Below are positions 1-10,038 of a stretch of DNA of 32,000 nt, one piece after another. The notes below the pieces were generated by a model. The model had not been told where the DNA came from. It searched no databases and saw nothing but the letters and a program-made list of their open reading frames with translations. A program made the translations under genes and the position numbers. Where the stretch lies: the NCBI GenBank assembly GCA_934294965.1, contig CAKRAM010000075.1, forward strand, positions 1 to 32,000, written 5' to 3'. The stretch comes from an uncultured Clostridia bacterium. Its GTDB lineage: Bacteria > Bacillota > Clostridia > Christensenellales > CAG-314. The stretch's first letter is position 1. Each line of letters starts with the position of its first letter.

Positions 1-219
1 CCCGTTCACAGAGAAGTCGGTTCTATGGGTCCCATCAGTAGCCCGTCTCGCGTAATGCCCGGCAAAAATCTTCCCGGTCATTACGGTGTGGAACAAGTAA
101 CTATTTTGAATCTTTCCGTTGTAAAAGTCGATAAGGAAAAGAACGTTATCCTTGTTAAGGGTGCCGTTCCCGGCGCGAAGAACAGTATCGTTTATCTTCG
201 CAACGCCGTGAAGAAATAA
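1..219 (+). CDS. rplC: 50S ribosomal protein L3 (uL3), C-terminal fragment; 5' end lies left of the window
   Basis: Frame 1 is open from base 1 to the stop at 217-219. The tail ...[40 protein letters not shown] looks like a uL3 C-terminus. rplD follows in canonical S10-operon order. Confidence 0.9.
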   Translation, partial: PVHREVGSMGPISSPSRVMPGKNLPGHYGVEQVTILNLSVVKVDKEKNVILVKGAVPGAKNSIVYLRNAVKK

Positions 220-239
220 GGTGAAAGGAGTTAAAGATA

Positions 240-863
240 ATGCAAGTTAAACTTTATAATACGACTGCAAAAGAAGTCGGCGAAATTAAGCTTGACGACG
301 CTGTGTTCGCTTGCGAATATAATGAAGCTCTTATTCATCAAGCAGTTGTCGCTTATCAAGCAAACCAAAGACAAGGCACCAAATCCGCTTTGACGCGCAC
401 CGAAGTTCGCGGCGGCGGCATCAAACCTTGGAGACAAAAAGGCACGGGCCGCGCTCGTCAAGGCTCCATCCGCGCTCCGCAATGGATCAAGGGCGGCGTT
501 GTATTCGCACCCAAGCCGAGAGATTTTTCCAAGAAAATCAACAAGAAAATGAAGGCGCAAGCATTCCGCAGCGCAATCAGCTACAAAGTCAATAACGGCG
601 AACTTACCGTTGTGGACAAAATCGCTTTGGAAGCTCCCAAAACCAAGCTTGTTGCTCAAATCTTGAAGAACTTCAACTTTGACAAGAAAACGTTGCTCAT
701 CGTGGCAGGCGACAGTGCAGACGTGGTAAGAGCAAGCGCAAACATCGCCAACCTTACCGTTGTGGACGCAACTCTCGCAAACGTGTACCAACTCGTTTCC
801 AACGTGGCAGTGCTTGCTACGGAAGAAGCTATCAAGCAAATTGAGGAGGCATACTCTCTATGA
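240..863 (+). CDS. rplD: 50S ribosomal protein L4 (uL4)
   Basis: 207-aa ORF with the uL4 motif [33 protein letters not shown] lies upstream of the ATG. Confidence 0.97.
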   Translation: MQVKLYNTTAKEVGEIKLDDAVFACEYNEALIHQAVVAYQANQRQGTKSALTRTEVRGGGIKPWRQKGTGRARQGSIRAPQWIKGGVVFAPKPRDFSKKINKKMKAQAFRSAISYKVNNGELTVVDKIALEAPKTKLVAQILKNFNFDKKTLLIVAGDSADVVRASANIANLTVVDATLANVYQLVSNVAVLATEEAIKQIEEAYSL

Positions 864-1150
864 ATTCCTACGATATAATCAAGCGTCCCGTGCTCACCGT
901 AAAGAGCTACGACGGAATCCCTGCCAAGATTTACACCTTTGAAGTTGTCAAAAGCGCAAACAAAGTGGAAATCAAAAAGGCAGTAGAAGAAATCTTCGGC
1001 GTAAAAGTCGAAAACGTTACCACGGCTACCGTAAAGGGTAAGCTCAAGAGACAAGGCAGAACGGAAGGTCACCAACCCGATTGGAAAAAAGCAACGGTTC
1101 GTTTGACCGCCGACAGCAAGGCAATCGAATTCTTCGAGAGCTTGTCCTAA
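860..1150 (+). CDS. rplW: 50S ribosomal protein L23 (uL23)
   Basis: 96 aa, uL23-like ([26 protein letters not shown]). The start overlaps the rplD stop and the position is canonical. Confidence 0.96.
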   Translation: MNSYDIIKRPVLTVKSYDGIPAKIYTFEVVKSANKVEIKKAVEEIFGVKVENVTTATVKGKLKRQGRTEGHQPDWKKATVRLTADSKAIEFFESLS

Positions 1151-1168
1151 TGACGGAGGATTACTGAA

Positions 1169-1993
1169 ATGGCTATTAAGAAATATAAACCTACTTCTCC
1201 CGCTCGTCGTTTCATGTCTGTTTCGACGTTCGAGGAAATCACAACGACAACTCCCGAAAAGAGCTTGCTTGCCGTAAACAAAAAGAGCGGCGGCCGCAAC
1301 GCTTCGGGTAAAATTACCGTTCGTCACATCGGCGGCGGCAATCGCATCAAATACAGAATTATCGACTTTAAGCGCGATAAGACCGTTCCCGCAAAGGTTG
1401 CTACCATCGAATACGATCCCAACCGCACCGCAAACATCGCTTTGCTTCACTATGCGGACGGCGAAAAGAGATACATTCTTGCTCCCGTAGGTCTTAACGT
1501 AGGCGACACCGTAGTTGCCGGTCCGGATGCGGACATCAAAGTCGGCAACAACCTTCCCTTGGAAAACATCCCCGTCGGTACAATCGTTCACAATATCGAA
1601 ATGAACCCCGGCAAGGGCGGACAAATCGCTCGCGCGGCAGGCATCTTTGCTCAACTTATGGCAAAGGAAGGCAAATACGCAACGTTGCGTATGCCCAGCG
1701 GCGAAATGAGACTTATCCTTCTCAAATGCCACGCCACAATTGGACAAGTCGGCAACCTGGACCATGAAATCGTATCCATCGGTAAAGCCGGCAAAAAACG
1801 TCACATGGGCGTAAAACCGACCGTTCGCGGTAGCGTAATGAACCCCTGCGACCACCCTCACGGCGGTGGCGAAGGCAAATCTCCCGTCGGTCGTCCCGGT
1901 CCCGTAACTCCGTGGGGCAAACCTGCTTTGGGTTACAAGACAAGAAAGAAGAAAAAAGCTTCATCCAAATTTATCGTGAAGCGTGTTAACTAA
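1169..1993 (+). CDS. rplB: 50S ribosomal protein L2 (uL2)
   Basis: 274 aa with uL2 hallmarks: [16 protein letters not shown] and [16 protein letters not shown]. Confidence 0.98.
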   Translation: MAIKKYKPTSPARRFMSVSTFEEITTTTPEKSLLAVNKKSGGRNASGKITVRHIGGGNRIKYRIIDFKRDKTVPAKVATIEYDPNRTANIALLHYADGEKRYILAPVGLNVGDTVVAGPDADIKVGNNLPLENIPVGTIVHNIEMNPGKGGQIARAAGIFAQLMAKEGKYATLRMPSGEMRLILLKCHATIGQVGNLDHEIVSIGKAGKKRHMGVKPTVRGSVMNPCDHPHGGGEGKSPVGRPGPVTPWGKPALGYKTRKKKKASSKFIVKRVN

Positions 1994-2007
1994 TCGGAGG
2001 AAAGAAT

Positions 2008-2286
2008 ATGAGCAGATCAGTTAGAAAAGGACCTTACGTTCAACCCAAACTCCTCAAAAGAGTGCAAGAAATGAACGCATCGGGCGAAAAGAAAGTTTTG
2101 AAAACGTGGTCGAGAAGTTCTACAATCTTCCCCGATTTCGTCGGACATACGATTGCAGTACACGACGGCAGAAAACACGTTCCCGTATATATCACGGAAG
2201 ATATGGTCGGATTGAAGTTGGGCGAATTTGCTCCCACAAGAACATTTAAGGGCCACGCCGGCAGCAAAACGGCGGGAGCTAAATAG
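2008..2286 (+). CDS. rpsS: 30S ribosomal protein S19 (uS19)
   Basis: 92 aa with [38 protein letters not shown]. Confidence 0.98.
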   Translation: MSRSVRKGPYVQPKLLKRVQEMNASGEKKVLKTWSRSSTIFPDFVGHTIAVHDGRKHVPVYITEDMVGLKLGEFAPTRTFKGHAGSKTAGAK

Positions 2287-2297
2287 GAGGAATAAAG

Positions 2298-2684
2298 ATG
2301 GCTACAAGAAGTAAAGCAAAAGCCCTTGTGCGCGCCGAAAATAAAGACAGACGCCCCAAGGCAATAGCAAAGTACATCCGCATATCTCCTTCCAAAGTTC
2401 ACGTTGTGTTGGATCTTATTCGCGGTAAAGACTACAAAGACGCGGTCGCAATTTTGAAAACAACGGCAAAAGCCGCTTCCGAACCGGTACTTAAGTGCCT
2501 CAACAGCGCAGCCGCTAACGCCGAAGTTAATCTCGGTATGAACAAAGATACTCTTTACGTTGCCGAATGTTTCGCAGATCAGGGACCCACTCTCAAAAGA
2601 ATGCAACCCGTTTCTCGCGGCAGAGGTTATCGTATCCTCAAGAGAACAAGTCACATCACCGTGATCTTGGACGAAAGAGCGTAA
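2298..2684 (+). CDS. rplV: 50S ribosomal protein L22 (uL22)
   Basis: 128 aa with RISPSKVHVVLDLIRGK and GPTLKRMQPVSRGRGYRILKRTSHITV. Confidence 0.97.
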   Translation: MATRSKAKALVRAENKDRRPKAIAKYIRISPSKVHVVLDLIRGKDYKDAVAILKTTAKAASEPVLKCLNSAAANAEVNLGMNKDTLYVAECFADQGPTLKRMQPVSRGRGYRILKRTSHITVILDERA

Positions 2685-2699
2685 GGAGGAGGAAGAAAA

Positions 2700-3368
2700 A
2701 TGGGACAAAAAGTTAATCCTCATGGACTGAGAGTCGGCGTAATTCAAGATTGGGATTCCAAATGGATTGCCGACAAGAAGAACTTCAGCAAATTTATCAA
2801 AGAAGACGACGTTATCAGAACGGCGCTCAAAAAGAAGTACTATCAAGCAGGCATCAGCAAAATCGTGATCGAAAGAGCCGAAAACAAGGTGATTGTCGAC
2901 TTGCATACCGGTCGTCCCGGCGTGCTTATCGGTAAAGCCGGCGCAGGTGCCGAAGAAATTAAAGCAGACGTAGCAAAACTTGTCGACGACAAGAACGTCG
3001 TTATCAACATCGTGGAAGTAAAACGCCCCGATATGGACGCTCAATTGGTGGCAGAGGGTATTGCCGCTCAATTGGAAAAGCGCGTATCTTTCCGTAGAGC
3101 AATGCGTCAATGCATGGGCAGAGCAACTCGCTCCGGCGCAAAGGGAATCAAAACCATGGTTTCCGGACGTTTGGACGGTGCTGAAATTGCCAGAACCGAA
3201 CAATATCACGAAGGTAGCATCCCTCTTCACACTCTCCGCGCGGACATCGACTACGGCTTTGCAAAAGCATTGACCACGTTCGGCGTAATCGGCGTAAAAG
3301 TGTGGATTTACAGAGGCGAAGTGCTTCCCAAGAAGAAAAAGACTGCTAAAAAGGAGGTAACTGAATAA
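2700..3368 (+). CDS. rpsC: 30S ribosomal protein S3 (uS3)
   Basis: 222 aa with an [13 protein letters not shown] start, a KH-like region, and [12 protein letters not shown]. Confidence 0.98.
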   Translation: MGQKVNPHGLRVGVIQDWDSKWIADKKNFSKFIKEDDVIRTALKKKYYQAGISKIVIERAENKVIVDLHTGRPGVLIGKAGAGAEEIKADVAKLVDDKNVVINIVEVKRPDMDAQLVAEGIAAQLEKRVSFRRAMRQCMGRATRSGAKGIKTMVSGRLDGAEIARTEQYHEGSIPLHTLRADIDYGFAKALTTFGVIGVKVWIYRGEVLPKKKKTAKKEVTE

Positions 3369-3802
3369 TGTTAATGCCTAAAAGAGTGAAAAGACGTCGT
3401 CAATTCCGTGGCAGAATGAAGGGCGAAGCGCACAAGGGCAATTCGGTTGCTTACGGCGAATACGGTCTTCAAGCTTTGGAATGCGGCTGGATCACTTCCA
3501 ATCAAATAGAAGCGGCACGTGTTGCAATGACTCGTTTCGTAAAACGTGGCGGACAAGTTTGGGTAGACATCTTCCCTCACAAACCCGTAACAAAAAAACC
3601 CGCCGAAACCAGAATGGGTTCCGGTAAAGGTAGCCCCGAATATTGGGTAGCAGTAGTAAAACCGGGCAGAGTAATGTTCGAAATGGCAGGTGTCCCCGAG
3701 GATATCGCCCGTGAAGCATTGCGTCTTGCCAGTCACAAATTGCCCGTTAAGTGCAAATTCGTGAAAAAAGTTGACGAGGTGAATGCAGATGAAAGCAAGT
3801 AA
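3368..3802 (+). CDS. rplP: 50S ribosomal protein L16 (uL16)
   Basis: 144 aa starting [19 protein letters not shown]. The start overlaps the rpsC stop (TAATG). Confidence 0.97.
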   Translation: MLMPKRVKRRRQFRGRMKGEAHKGNSVAYGEYGLQALECGWITSNQIEAARVAMTRFVKRGGQVWVDIFPHKPVTKKPAETRMGSGKGSPEYWVAVVKPGRVMFEMAGVPEDIAREALRLASHKLPVKCKFVKKVDEVNADESK

Positions 3803-3983
3803 CGTACGCGATCTGAATAACGAACAATTGGTAGCAAAGCTTGCCGATTTGAAAAAGGAATTGTTCAATTTGCGTCTTTCTCACGCAACCGGACAACTCA
3901 ATAACCCTCTTGCGCTTGCATCGGTCAAAAAGGACATCGCAAGAGTCAAGACTGTTCTCCGTGAAAGAGAACTTAAGGCGTAA
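3789..3983 (+). CDS. rpmC: 50S ribosomal protein L29 (uL29)
   Basis: [37 protein letters not shown] is uL29-like. I prefer ATG 3789, which is about 9 nt after GAGG at 3776-3779, over the in-frame ATG 3783. Confidence 0.9.
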   Translation: MKASNVRDLNNEQLVAKLADLKKELFNLRLSHATGQLNNPLALASVKKDIARVKTVLRERELKA

Positions 3984-4000
3984 GCGGAGGTACGGATAAA

Positions 4001-4258
4001 ATGGAAGAAAGAAACAGCAGAAAAGAGAGAGTCGGCATCGTAGTATCCGACAAAATGGACAAAACCATCGTTGTGGCTATTGTCAACAAGTACAAACACC
4101 CTTTGTACAAAAAGACGGTTTCCACAACTAAAAAGTATAAAGTACATGACGAAAACAACGAATGCGGAATCGGCGATACCGTTCGCATCGTAGAAACGAG
4201 AAAACTCTCCAAGGATAAGAATTGGCGTCTTCTCGAAATCGTCGAAAAGGCTAAGTAA
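4001..4258 (+). CDS. rpsQ: 30S ribosomal protein S17 (uS17)
   Basis: 85 aa with [22 protein letters not shown]...KKYKVHDE. Confidence 0.96.
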   Translation: MEERNSRKERVGIVVSDKMDKTIVVAIVNKYKHPLYKKTVSTTKKYKVHDENNECGIGDTVRIVETRKLSKDKNWRLLEIVEKAK

Positions 4259-4273
4259 TAGGAGGACGGTACA

Positions 4274-4642
4274 GTGATTCAACCACAAACAAGACTTAAA
4301 GCTGCCGATAACAGCGGAGCAAAAGAACTTATGTGTATCAGGGTCCTTGGCGGTTCCTTTCGTAAGTTCGGTAATATCGGCGACGTTATCGTTGCCAGCG
4401 TAAAAAGCGCAAACCCCGGCGGAGTCGTCAAAAAGGGCGACGTCGTTAAGGCGGTAATCGTAAGAAGCGCGTCCGGCGTAAACCGTAAAGACGGCACACA
4501 TATCCGTTTTGACGACAACGCAGCAGTTATCATCGACGCGCAAAAGCAACCCAAAGGCACTCGTATTTTTGGGCCTGTAGCAAGAGAACTTCGTGAAAAA
4601 GACTACATGAAGATTGTTTCTCTGGCTCCGGAAGTGCTGTAA
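4274..4642 (+). CDS. rplN: 50S ribosomal protein L14 (uL14)
   Basis: 122 aa starting [27 protein letters not shown]. The start is GTG, downstream of TAGGAGGA. Confidence 0.97.
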   Translation: MIQPQTRLKAADNSGAKELMCIRVLGGSFRKFGNIGDVIVASVKSANPGGVVKKGDVVKAVIVRSASGVNRKDGTHIRFDDNAAVIIDAQKQPKGTRIFGPVARELREKDYMKIVSLAPEVL

Positions 4643-4659
4643 CAGAGGAGGACACGAAA

Positions 4660-5058
4660 ATGGCAAGTATGAATGTCAGGTCCGGTGACACGGTCGAAAT
4701 CATTGTCGGCGGAGTAGAAAACGCCGGCAAACGCGGCAAAGTCATCGTAGCCGATCCCAAAGCGGGAAAAGTAATCGTTGAAAATCTCAACTTGGTTACC
4801 AAACATAAGAAACCACGTTCAGCACAAGAGCAAGGCGGCATCGTTGAAAGACCTCGCGCTATCGACGTATCCAACGTTATGCTCGTTTGCCCCAAATGTG
4901 GCAAAGCCACTCGCGTGGCGCACGTCCTCGGCGATCACGGTAAGTATTTGCGCGCTTGCAAAAAGTGCGGTGCTACCATCGACGTAAAAGCAGAAAAGAA
5001 AGCAACCAAACAGGCTGCTAAAAAGACTACAAGAAAGTCCAAAAAGACCGAAGAATAA
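4660..5058 (+). CDS. rplX: 50S ribosomal protein L24 (uL24), extended form with CPKC...CKKC motif and Lys-rich tail
   Basis: 132 aa with a KOW region (GDTVEIIVGG..GKRGKV) and GGIVERPRAIDVSNVML, typical of uL24. The position between rplN and rplE is canonical. Confidence 0.93.
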   Translation: MASMNVRSGDTVEIIVGGVENAGKRGKVIVADPKAGKVIVENLNLVTKHKKPRSAQEQGGIVERPRAIDVSNVMLVCPKCGKATRVAHVLGDHGKYLRACKKCGATIDVKAEKKATKQAAKKTTRKSKKTEE

Positions 5059-5074
5059 TTAAAGGAGGAACAAA

Positions 5075-5659
5075 ATGGCTACAAAAAAACCCGCTGCAGC
5101 AGTCAGCGAAAATAAACCGGTTGAATGTAGATTGAAGGCATTGTACACAGAAACTGTCGTTCCTCAACTCATCAAAGAATTCGGTTATAAAAACATTAAC
5201 GAAGTACCTCGTCTGGAAAAAATCGTTATCAACAGCGGTTTGGGCGACGTAAAAGACAACGCTAAGTCCTTCCAACTTGCAGTTGAAGAACTCAAAGCGA
5301 TTTCCGGACAAAAACCGTTGGTTACCAACAGCAAATTGTCCGTTGCAAACTTCAAAGTAAGAAAAGGCATGGCTGTCGGCGCAAAGGTAACTCTTCGCGG
5401 CGAACGTATGTACTCTTTCTTCGATAAACTTGTCAGTATCGCTCTTCCTCGCGTGCGCGACTTCCGCGGAGTTAACACCAACCTCGACGGACGCGGCAAC
5501 TACACGCTCGGTATTCGCGAACAACTCATTTTCCCGGAAATCGTTTACGACCAAGTGGAAAAAACGCGCGGCTTTGACGTTACTTTCGTAACCACTGCCA
5601 AAACCGATGCCGAAGCAAAAGCATTGCTCAAGTATTTGGGAATGCCTTTCAAAGCATAG
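5075..5659 (+). CDS. rplE: 50S ribosomal protein L5 (uL5)
   Basis: 194 aa with [34 protein letters not shown] and [11 protein letters not shown]-like [10 protein letters not shown]. Confidence 0.96.
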   Translation: MATKKPAAAVSENKPVECRLKALYTETVVPQLIKEFGYKNINEVPRLEKIVINSGLGDVKDNAKSFQLAVEELKAISGQKPLVTNSKLSVANFKVRKGMAVGAKVTLRGERMYSFFDKLVSIALPRVRDFRGVNTNLDGRGNYTLGIREQLIFPEIVYDQVEKTRGFDVTFVTTAKTDAEAKALLKYLGMPFKA

Positions 5660-5674
5660 TTGGAGGAATGAACA

Positions 5675-5860
5675 ATGGCAAAAAAATCTATGATTAACAA
5701 ACAACAAAGAACGGCAAAGTACAGCACTCGTGCTTACACTCGTTGTTCTATCTGCGGTCGTCCTCACTCTGTTTTGAGAAAGTACGGCATTTGCAGAATT
5801 TGCTTCAGAGAAAAGGCGTACAAGGGCGAAATCCCCGGCGTTAAGAAAGCAAGTTGGTAA
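5675..5860 (+). CDS. rpsN: 30S ribosomal protein S14, type Z (zinc-binding short form)
   Basis: 61 aa with [23 protein letters not shown] (CxxC...CxxC) and a ...KKASW end. Confidence 0.96.
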   Translation: MAKKSMINKQQRTAKYSTRAYTRCSICGRPHSVLRKYGICRICFREKAYKGEIPGVKKASW

Positions 5861-5873
5861 GGAGGAAATACAA

Positions 5874-6272
5874 ATGGTTGTTACAGATCCTATTGCTGAT
5901 ATGTTGACTCGTATCAGAAACGCTATCACTTCCAAACACGCCGACGTAGAAATCCCCGCTTCCAAAACCAAGAAAGCAATCATCGATATTCTTGTGGAAG
6001 AAGGCTATATCGCCGGATACGAAGTAATCGAAAAAGAACTGCAAAACTCTATCAAAGTCACTTTGAAATACGGTCCTCACGGCGAAAAAGTCATCACCGG
6101 ACTTAAACGTATTTCCAAACCCGGACTCAGAGTATACGCAAAAAGCGAAGACCTTCCCAAAGTTCTTAACGGATTGGGAATTGCAATCGTGTCCACAAGC
6201 AAGGGCATTATGACGGATAAGAACGCTCGCAGTCAAAATTTGGGCGGCGAAGTTCTCGCATACGTTTGGTAG
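5874..6272 (+). CDS. rpsH: 30S ribosomal protein S8 (uS8)
   Basis: 132 aa with [13 protein letters not shown], and [25 protein letters not shown] at the C-terminus. Confidence 0.97.
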   Translation: MVVTDPIADMLTRIRNAITSKHADVEIPASKTKKAIIDILVEEGYIAGYEVIEKELQNSIKVTLKYGPHGEKVITGLKRISKPGLRVYAKSEDLPKVLNGLGIAIVSTSKGIMTDKNARSQNLGGEVLAYVW

Positions 6273-6284
6273 GAGGTAATGGCA

Positions 6285-6827
6285 ATGTCAAGAATCGGAA
6301 AGAAACACATTGTTATGCCCGCCGGCGTGTCTTTGTCCTATAACGACGGTCTTGTTACGGTAAAAGGTCCCAAAGGCGAACTTTCCCATAACATCGGCAA
6401 CGTTATCGGTTGCCAAGTGGAAGGTAACGTCGTAACAATGATCTGCCCGGAAAATGCCGACAGCAGCGTGCAAGCTAAACACGGCTTGTACAGAGCAATC
6501 GTTCACAACATGGTAGTGGGCGTTCACGACGGTTTCACTCGTAACCTTATCATCAACGGTGTAGGTTACAAAGCAGCCGTTCAAGGCAACAAATTGGTGC
6601 TGAACATCGGATATTCTCACCCCATCGAAATGGAAGCTCCCGCCGGAATCAAGTTCGAATGTCCTACTCAAACGGAAATCGTAGTTTCCGGTTGCGACAA
6701 GGAATTGGTCGGACAAACGGCTGCAAACATCAAGGCAAAACGCCCCGTCGAACCTTACCACGCTTACGGCGTCCGTTACAAGGAAGAAGTCGTACAGCTT
6801 AAGGAAGGCAAGAAGGCAGGCAAGTAA
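6285..6827 (+). CDS. rplF: 50S ribosomal protein L6 (uL6)
   Basis: MSRIGKKHIVMPAGV... is a typical uL6 start. ATG 6285 lies 8 nt after AGGAGG (6271-6276), whereas the in-frame ATG 6279 is only 2 nt after it. Confidence 0.94.
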   Translation: MSRIGKKHIVMPAGVSLSYNDGLVTVKGPKGELSHNIGNVIGCQVEGNVVTMICPENADSSVQAKHGLYRAIVHNMVVGVHDGFTRNLIINGVGYKAAVQGNKLVLNIGYSHPIEMEAPAGIKFECPTQTEIVVSGCDKELVGQTAANIKAKRPVEPYHAYGVRYKEEVVQLKEGKKAGK

Positions 6828-6839
6828 GGAGTGTAGAAA

Positions 6840-7202
6840 ATGATTAAAAAGATAAATAAAAACGCGGATAGAAGAATCCGCCACGAGAGAGTCAGAAAAA
6901 AGGTTTTCGGAACTGCGGTTAAACCCCGTCTTTCCGTTTATCGTTCCACAAACTACATCTACGCTCAAATTATCGACGACGTAAACGGACTAACGCTTGC
7001 GGCATCTTCCAGCCTTGCACTCAGTAAGGAATGCGAAAACCTTAATAAAAAGGACGCTGCAAAACTCGTAGGCAAAGACATTGCCGAAAAAGCAGTTAAG
7101 TTGGGCATCGAAGAAATCGTATTCGACCGCGGCGGTTATATCTACACCGGTAGAGTGGCTGCATTGGCTGACGGCGCAAGAGAAGCCGGACTTAAATTCT
7201 AA
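6840..7202 (+). CDS. rplR: 50S ribosomal protein L18 (uL18)
   Basis: 120 aa with [37 protein letters not shown] and [26 protein letters not shown]. Confidence 0.97.
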   Translation: MIKKINKNADRRIRHERVRKKVFGTAVKPRLSVYRSTNYIYAQIIDDVNGLTLAASSSLALSKECENLNKKDAAKLVGKDIAEKAVKLGIEEIVFDRGGYIYTGRVAALADGAREAGLKF

Positions 7203-7216
7203 TCGGAGGCATCAAT

Positions 7217-7843
7217 ATGGAAAACGTACAAGAAGTAGAAGTTGTCGCAACTGAAACGGCAACGGCAGCTCCCGCTCAAAACGCGGAGCAACCCAAACGT
7301 AATTTCCGCGAAGGACGCCCCGAAAGAAAAGGCGGCAGACGTCCCAATCGCGATAGAGACAACAAAGAAGACGACGGTCTTATCAAAAAGTTGGTTGCCG
7401 TTAACCGCGTAACCAAGGTTGTTAAGGGCGGACGCACGATGCGTTTCTCGGCTTTGGTAGTTGTCGGCGACGGCAAAGGCATGGTCGGTATCGGTATGGC
7501 AAAGGCTGCGGAAGTTCCCCAAGCCATCGAAAAGGCTAACCTCAGAGCCAAAAAAGCAATGGTCAAAATCTCGTTGGTAGACACAACGATCCCCCACGAA
7601 GTTATCGGTAAGTTCGGCAGAGGCAAAGTTCTTATGTTGCCCGCTCAACCCGGTACCGGCGTTATCGCAGGCGGCCCCGTAAGAAACGTGTTGGAAGCAG
7701 TAGGTATCAAGGATATTCGTACCAAGTCCTACGGTTCCAACAACCCCATCAACTGCGTAAAGGCAACCTTCGACGGACTGGTTCAACTTCGTACGCGTGA
7801 ACAAGTTGCCGCACTTCGCGGTAAAAGCGTAGAAGAAATCTAG
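7217..7843 (+). CDS. rpsE: 30S ribosomal protein S5 (uS5) with N-terminal extension
   Basis: 208 aa. The core is [43 protein letters not shown] (7204-7208) lies 8 nt before the ATG. Confidence 0.95.
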   Translation: MENVQEVEVVATETATAAPAQNAEQPKRNFREGRPERKGGRRPNRDRDNKEDDGLIKKLVAVNRVTKVVKGGRTMRFSALVVVGDGKGMVGIGMAKAAEVPQAIEKANLRAKKAMVKISLVDTTIPHEVIGKFGRGKVLMLPAQPGTGVIAGGPVRNVLEAVGIKDIRTKSYGSNNPINCVKATFDGLVQLRTREQVAALRGKSVEEI

Positions 7844-7853
7844 GAGGAACATT

Positions 7854-8156
7854 ATGGCTAAAAAGACTAATAACGAAGCAGTAAAAGCTCCTCTTTACAT
7901 CAACGGCAGATACGTAGTGGAAAAGCAACTTACAGCTAAACCTCAAAAAGGCGATGCTCCCTATGCACCTGCTGAAAAGCAAATTAAGGTAACTTTGGTA
8001 AAGAGTACCAACGGATGCCTCAAAGAACATATCGCAACCGTAAAGGCTTTGGGACTTACAAAGATTCGCACGAGCAACGTTTTGCCCGATAACGCAGCAA
8101 TCCGCGGAATGATCTTCAAAGTTAAGCACCTTGTGGTTGTCGAAGAAGTAAAGTAG
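7854..8156 (+). CDS. rpmD: 50S ribosomal protein L30 (uL30) with ~40-aa N-terminal extension
   Basis: The C-terminal ~58 aa ([56 protein letters not shown]) are uL30-like. A strong TAGGAGGA RBS precedes ATG 7854. The position between rpsE and rplO is canonical. Confidence 0.87.
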   Translation: MAKKTNNEAVKAPLYINGRYVVEKQLTAKPQKGDAPYAPAEKQIKVTLVKSTNGCLKEHIATVKALGLTKIRTSNVLPDNAAIRGMIFKVKHLVVVEEVK

Positions 8157-8166
8157 GAGGCTAACA

Positions 8167-8613
8167 ATGAGAATTCATACAATTCAACCCGCTATCGGAG
8201 CAACAACCTCCGAAAAAAGATTGGGTAGAGGTATCGGCAGCGGCTTGGGCAAAACCAGCGGCAAGGGCCACAAAGGTCAATGGGCTCGTAGCGGTGGCGG
8301 TGTTCGCCCCGGTTTCGAAGGCGGTCAAACCCCCATTTCCAGACGTCTTCCCAAACGTGGTTTCAACAACAAGTTTGCAGTTAAGTACGACGTTATAAAC
8401 GTAGAATCCCTCAACATTTTTGAGGACGGTACTCTGGTTACGCCGGATTTGCTTGCCGAAATGCGTATCGTAAACGGCAAAAACAACGGCGGTGTCAAGA
8501 TTCTCGGCGCCGGAAAACTCAACAAAAAGCTTACTGTCAAGGCAGATAAGTTCTCCGCTTCCGCCAAATCGGCAATAGAAGCGGCAGGCGGCGTTGCAGA
8601 GGTAATCGAATAA
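8167..8613 (+). CDS. rplO: 50S ribosomal protein L15 (uL15)
   Basis: 148 aa with [39 protein letters not shown]. Confidence 0.97.
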   Translation: MRIHTIQPAIGATTSEKRLGRGIGSGLGKTSGKGHKGQWARSGGGVRPGFEGGQTPISRRLPKRGFNNKFAVKYDVINVESLNIFEDGTLVTPDLLAEMRIVNGKNNGGVKILGAGKLNKKLTVKADKFSASAKSAIEAAGGVAEVIE

Positions 8614-10034
8614 TGTTTGAAACCATCAGAAATGCCTTTAAGATAAAGGACGTACGCAAGAAAATATTGATGACCATCCTGTTTGTCGTTTTGTACAGAA
8701 TCGGATGCTACATCACGGTTCCCGGACTTAGCGATATTTCCGCTTCGCTCGGCTCCGACCAAGGAATCTTTGGCTTGCTCGACTCCGTAACGGGAAGCGC
8801 GCTAAGCCAAGGCACGCTGTTCTCTCTCGGCATTTCGCCGTATATCAACGCGTCGATTATCGTGCAGTTGTTGACGGTAGCCATCCCCGCACTCGAAAGA
8901 ATGTCCAAGGAAGGCGATGAAGGTAGAGAAAAAATCAATAAAATCACTCGTTGGGTAACGTTGGTGTTGGCAATCGTAAGCGCCGTAGGCGTGTTCCTTA
9001 CACTTCGTTCTCAAAACGCAGACTATATTAACAAGGCTTGGTTGGGATCTCAATACGCAGATTTCTTCGGCACGACCGGCGGACAATGGATCATGGGCGT
9101 CTACGTAGTAGTTATGCTCGTAGGCGGCAGCATGCTGTGCATGTGGCTTGGCGAACGCATCACCGAACACGGTGTGTGCAACGGTATCTCCATGATCATC
9201 TTCGCAGGTATCGTAGCAACGGCTGCGGAACAACTCGGTATCTCCATCTCCGGTATCTTCTCTTCTACCGGATCCTTGGATAACCTTTGGTCGGTTCTTC
9301 TGTTTATCGTCACGTTGGTGCTTGTATTTGCATTCATCGTTTGGGTAGACGGCGCCGAGGAAAGAATTATGGTCAGATATGCCAAGCAAGTTAAGGGCAA
9401 CAAAATGTACGGCGGTCAATCCACCTTCATCCCCATCAAAGTTAACGCCTCCGGTGTTATGCCCTTGATTTTCGCTTACGCACTTATGAGCTTCCCTCAA
9501 ATGCTCATTTCCACAATCGATCCCAATACGACGGGCAGTTTCAGTAAGTGGTGGATCAACTGGCTAACCACAAGCACCACAACGGGCGCACCCGCTGCAA
9601 GCACGATTGTCGGACCTATCGTCTATAACGTAATTTTGGCGGTATTGATTTTCGTATTTGCGTACTTCTATTCGCAAATCCAATTCAACCCCGTGGAAAT
9701 TGCTCGTAACATCCAAAGCAACGGCGGCTTCGTGGGAGGCATCAGACCGGGCAGAGAAACTGCAGAATACTTGCAAAAGATTGTTTCTCGTATCACGTTC
9801 TGGGGCGCGGTATTCCTTACCATCATCGCGTTCGTTCCGTCCTTGCTGTTCAGCTTGTTGCCGCAAGCATTGGGTTTGCAACTCAACAGCAAACTCGTCG
9901 GCAGCTTCAGCGCAACAGGTATGTTGATTTGCGTATCCGTAGCGTTGGAATTCAACAAAGCGTTGGAAAACCAAATTATGATGCGTCACTACAAGGGACT
10001 GCTCGGTTCGGGTTCCAAAGGATTTTTGAAATAA
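8613..10034 (+). CDS. secY: Preprotein translocase subunit SecY
   Basis: 473 aa with multiple TM segments, LFSLGISPYINASIIVQLL, and a C-terminal ...QIMMRHYKG. The start overlaps the rplO stop (TAATG). Confidence 0.97.
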   Translation: MFETIRNAFKIKDVRKKILMTILFVVLYRIGCYITVPGLSDISASLGSDQGIFGLLDSVTGSALSQGTLFSLGISPYINASIIVQLLTVAIPALERMSKEGDEGREKINKITRWVTLVLAIVSAVGVFLTLRSQNADYINKAWLGSQYADFFGTTGGQWIMGVYVVVMLVGGSMLCMWLGERITEHGVCNGISMIIFAGIVATAAEQLGISISGIFSSTGSLDNLWSVLLFIVTLVLVFAFIVWVDGAEERIMVRYAKQVKGNKMYGGQSTFIPIKVNASGVMPLIFAYALMSFPQMLISTIDPNTTGSFSKWWINWLTTSTTTGAPAASTIVGPIVYNVILAVLIFVFAYFYSQIQFNPVEIARNIQSNGGFVGGIRPGRETAEYLQKIVSRITFWGAVFLTIIAFVPSLLFSLLPQALGLQLNSKLVGSFSATGMLICVSVALEFNKALENQIMMRHYKGLLGSGSKGFLK

Positions 10035-10038
10035 TACG

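Noticed and set aside
656-1861. 401-aa ORF on the minus strand opposite rplD-rplW-rplB
   Set aside because: It is fully antisense to unmistakable ribosomal protein genes and has no recognisable protein motifs or RBS. Long antisense frames are a codon-bias artefact.
2040-3230. 396-aa minus-strand ORF opposite rpsS-rplV-rpsC
   Set aside because: Same reasoning. It is antisense to highly conserved genes, and the translated sequence is low-complexity and Cys/Phe-rich.
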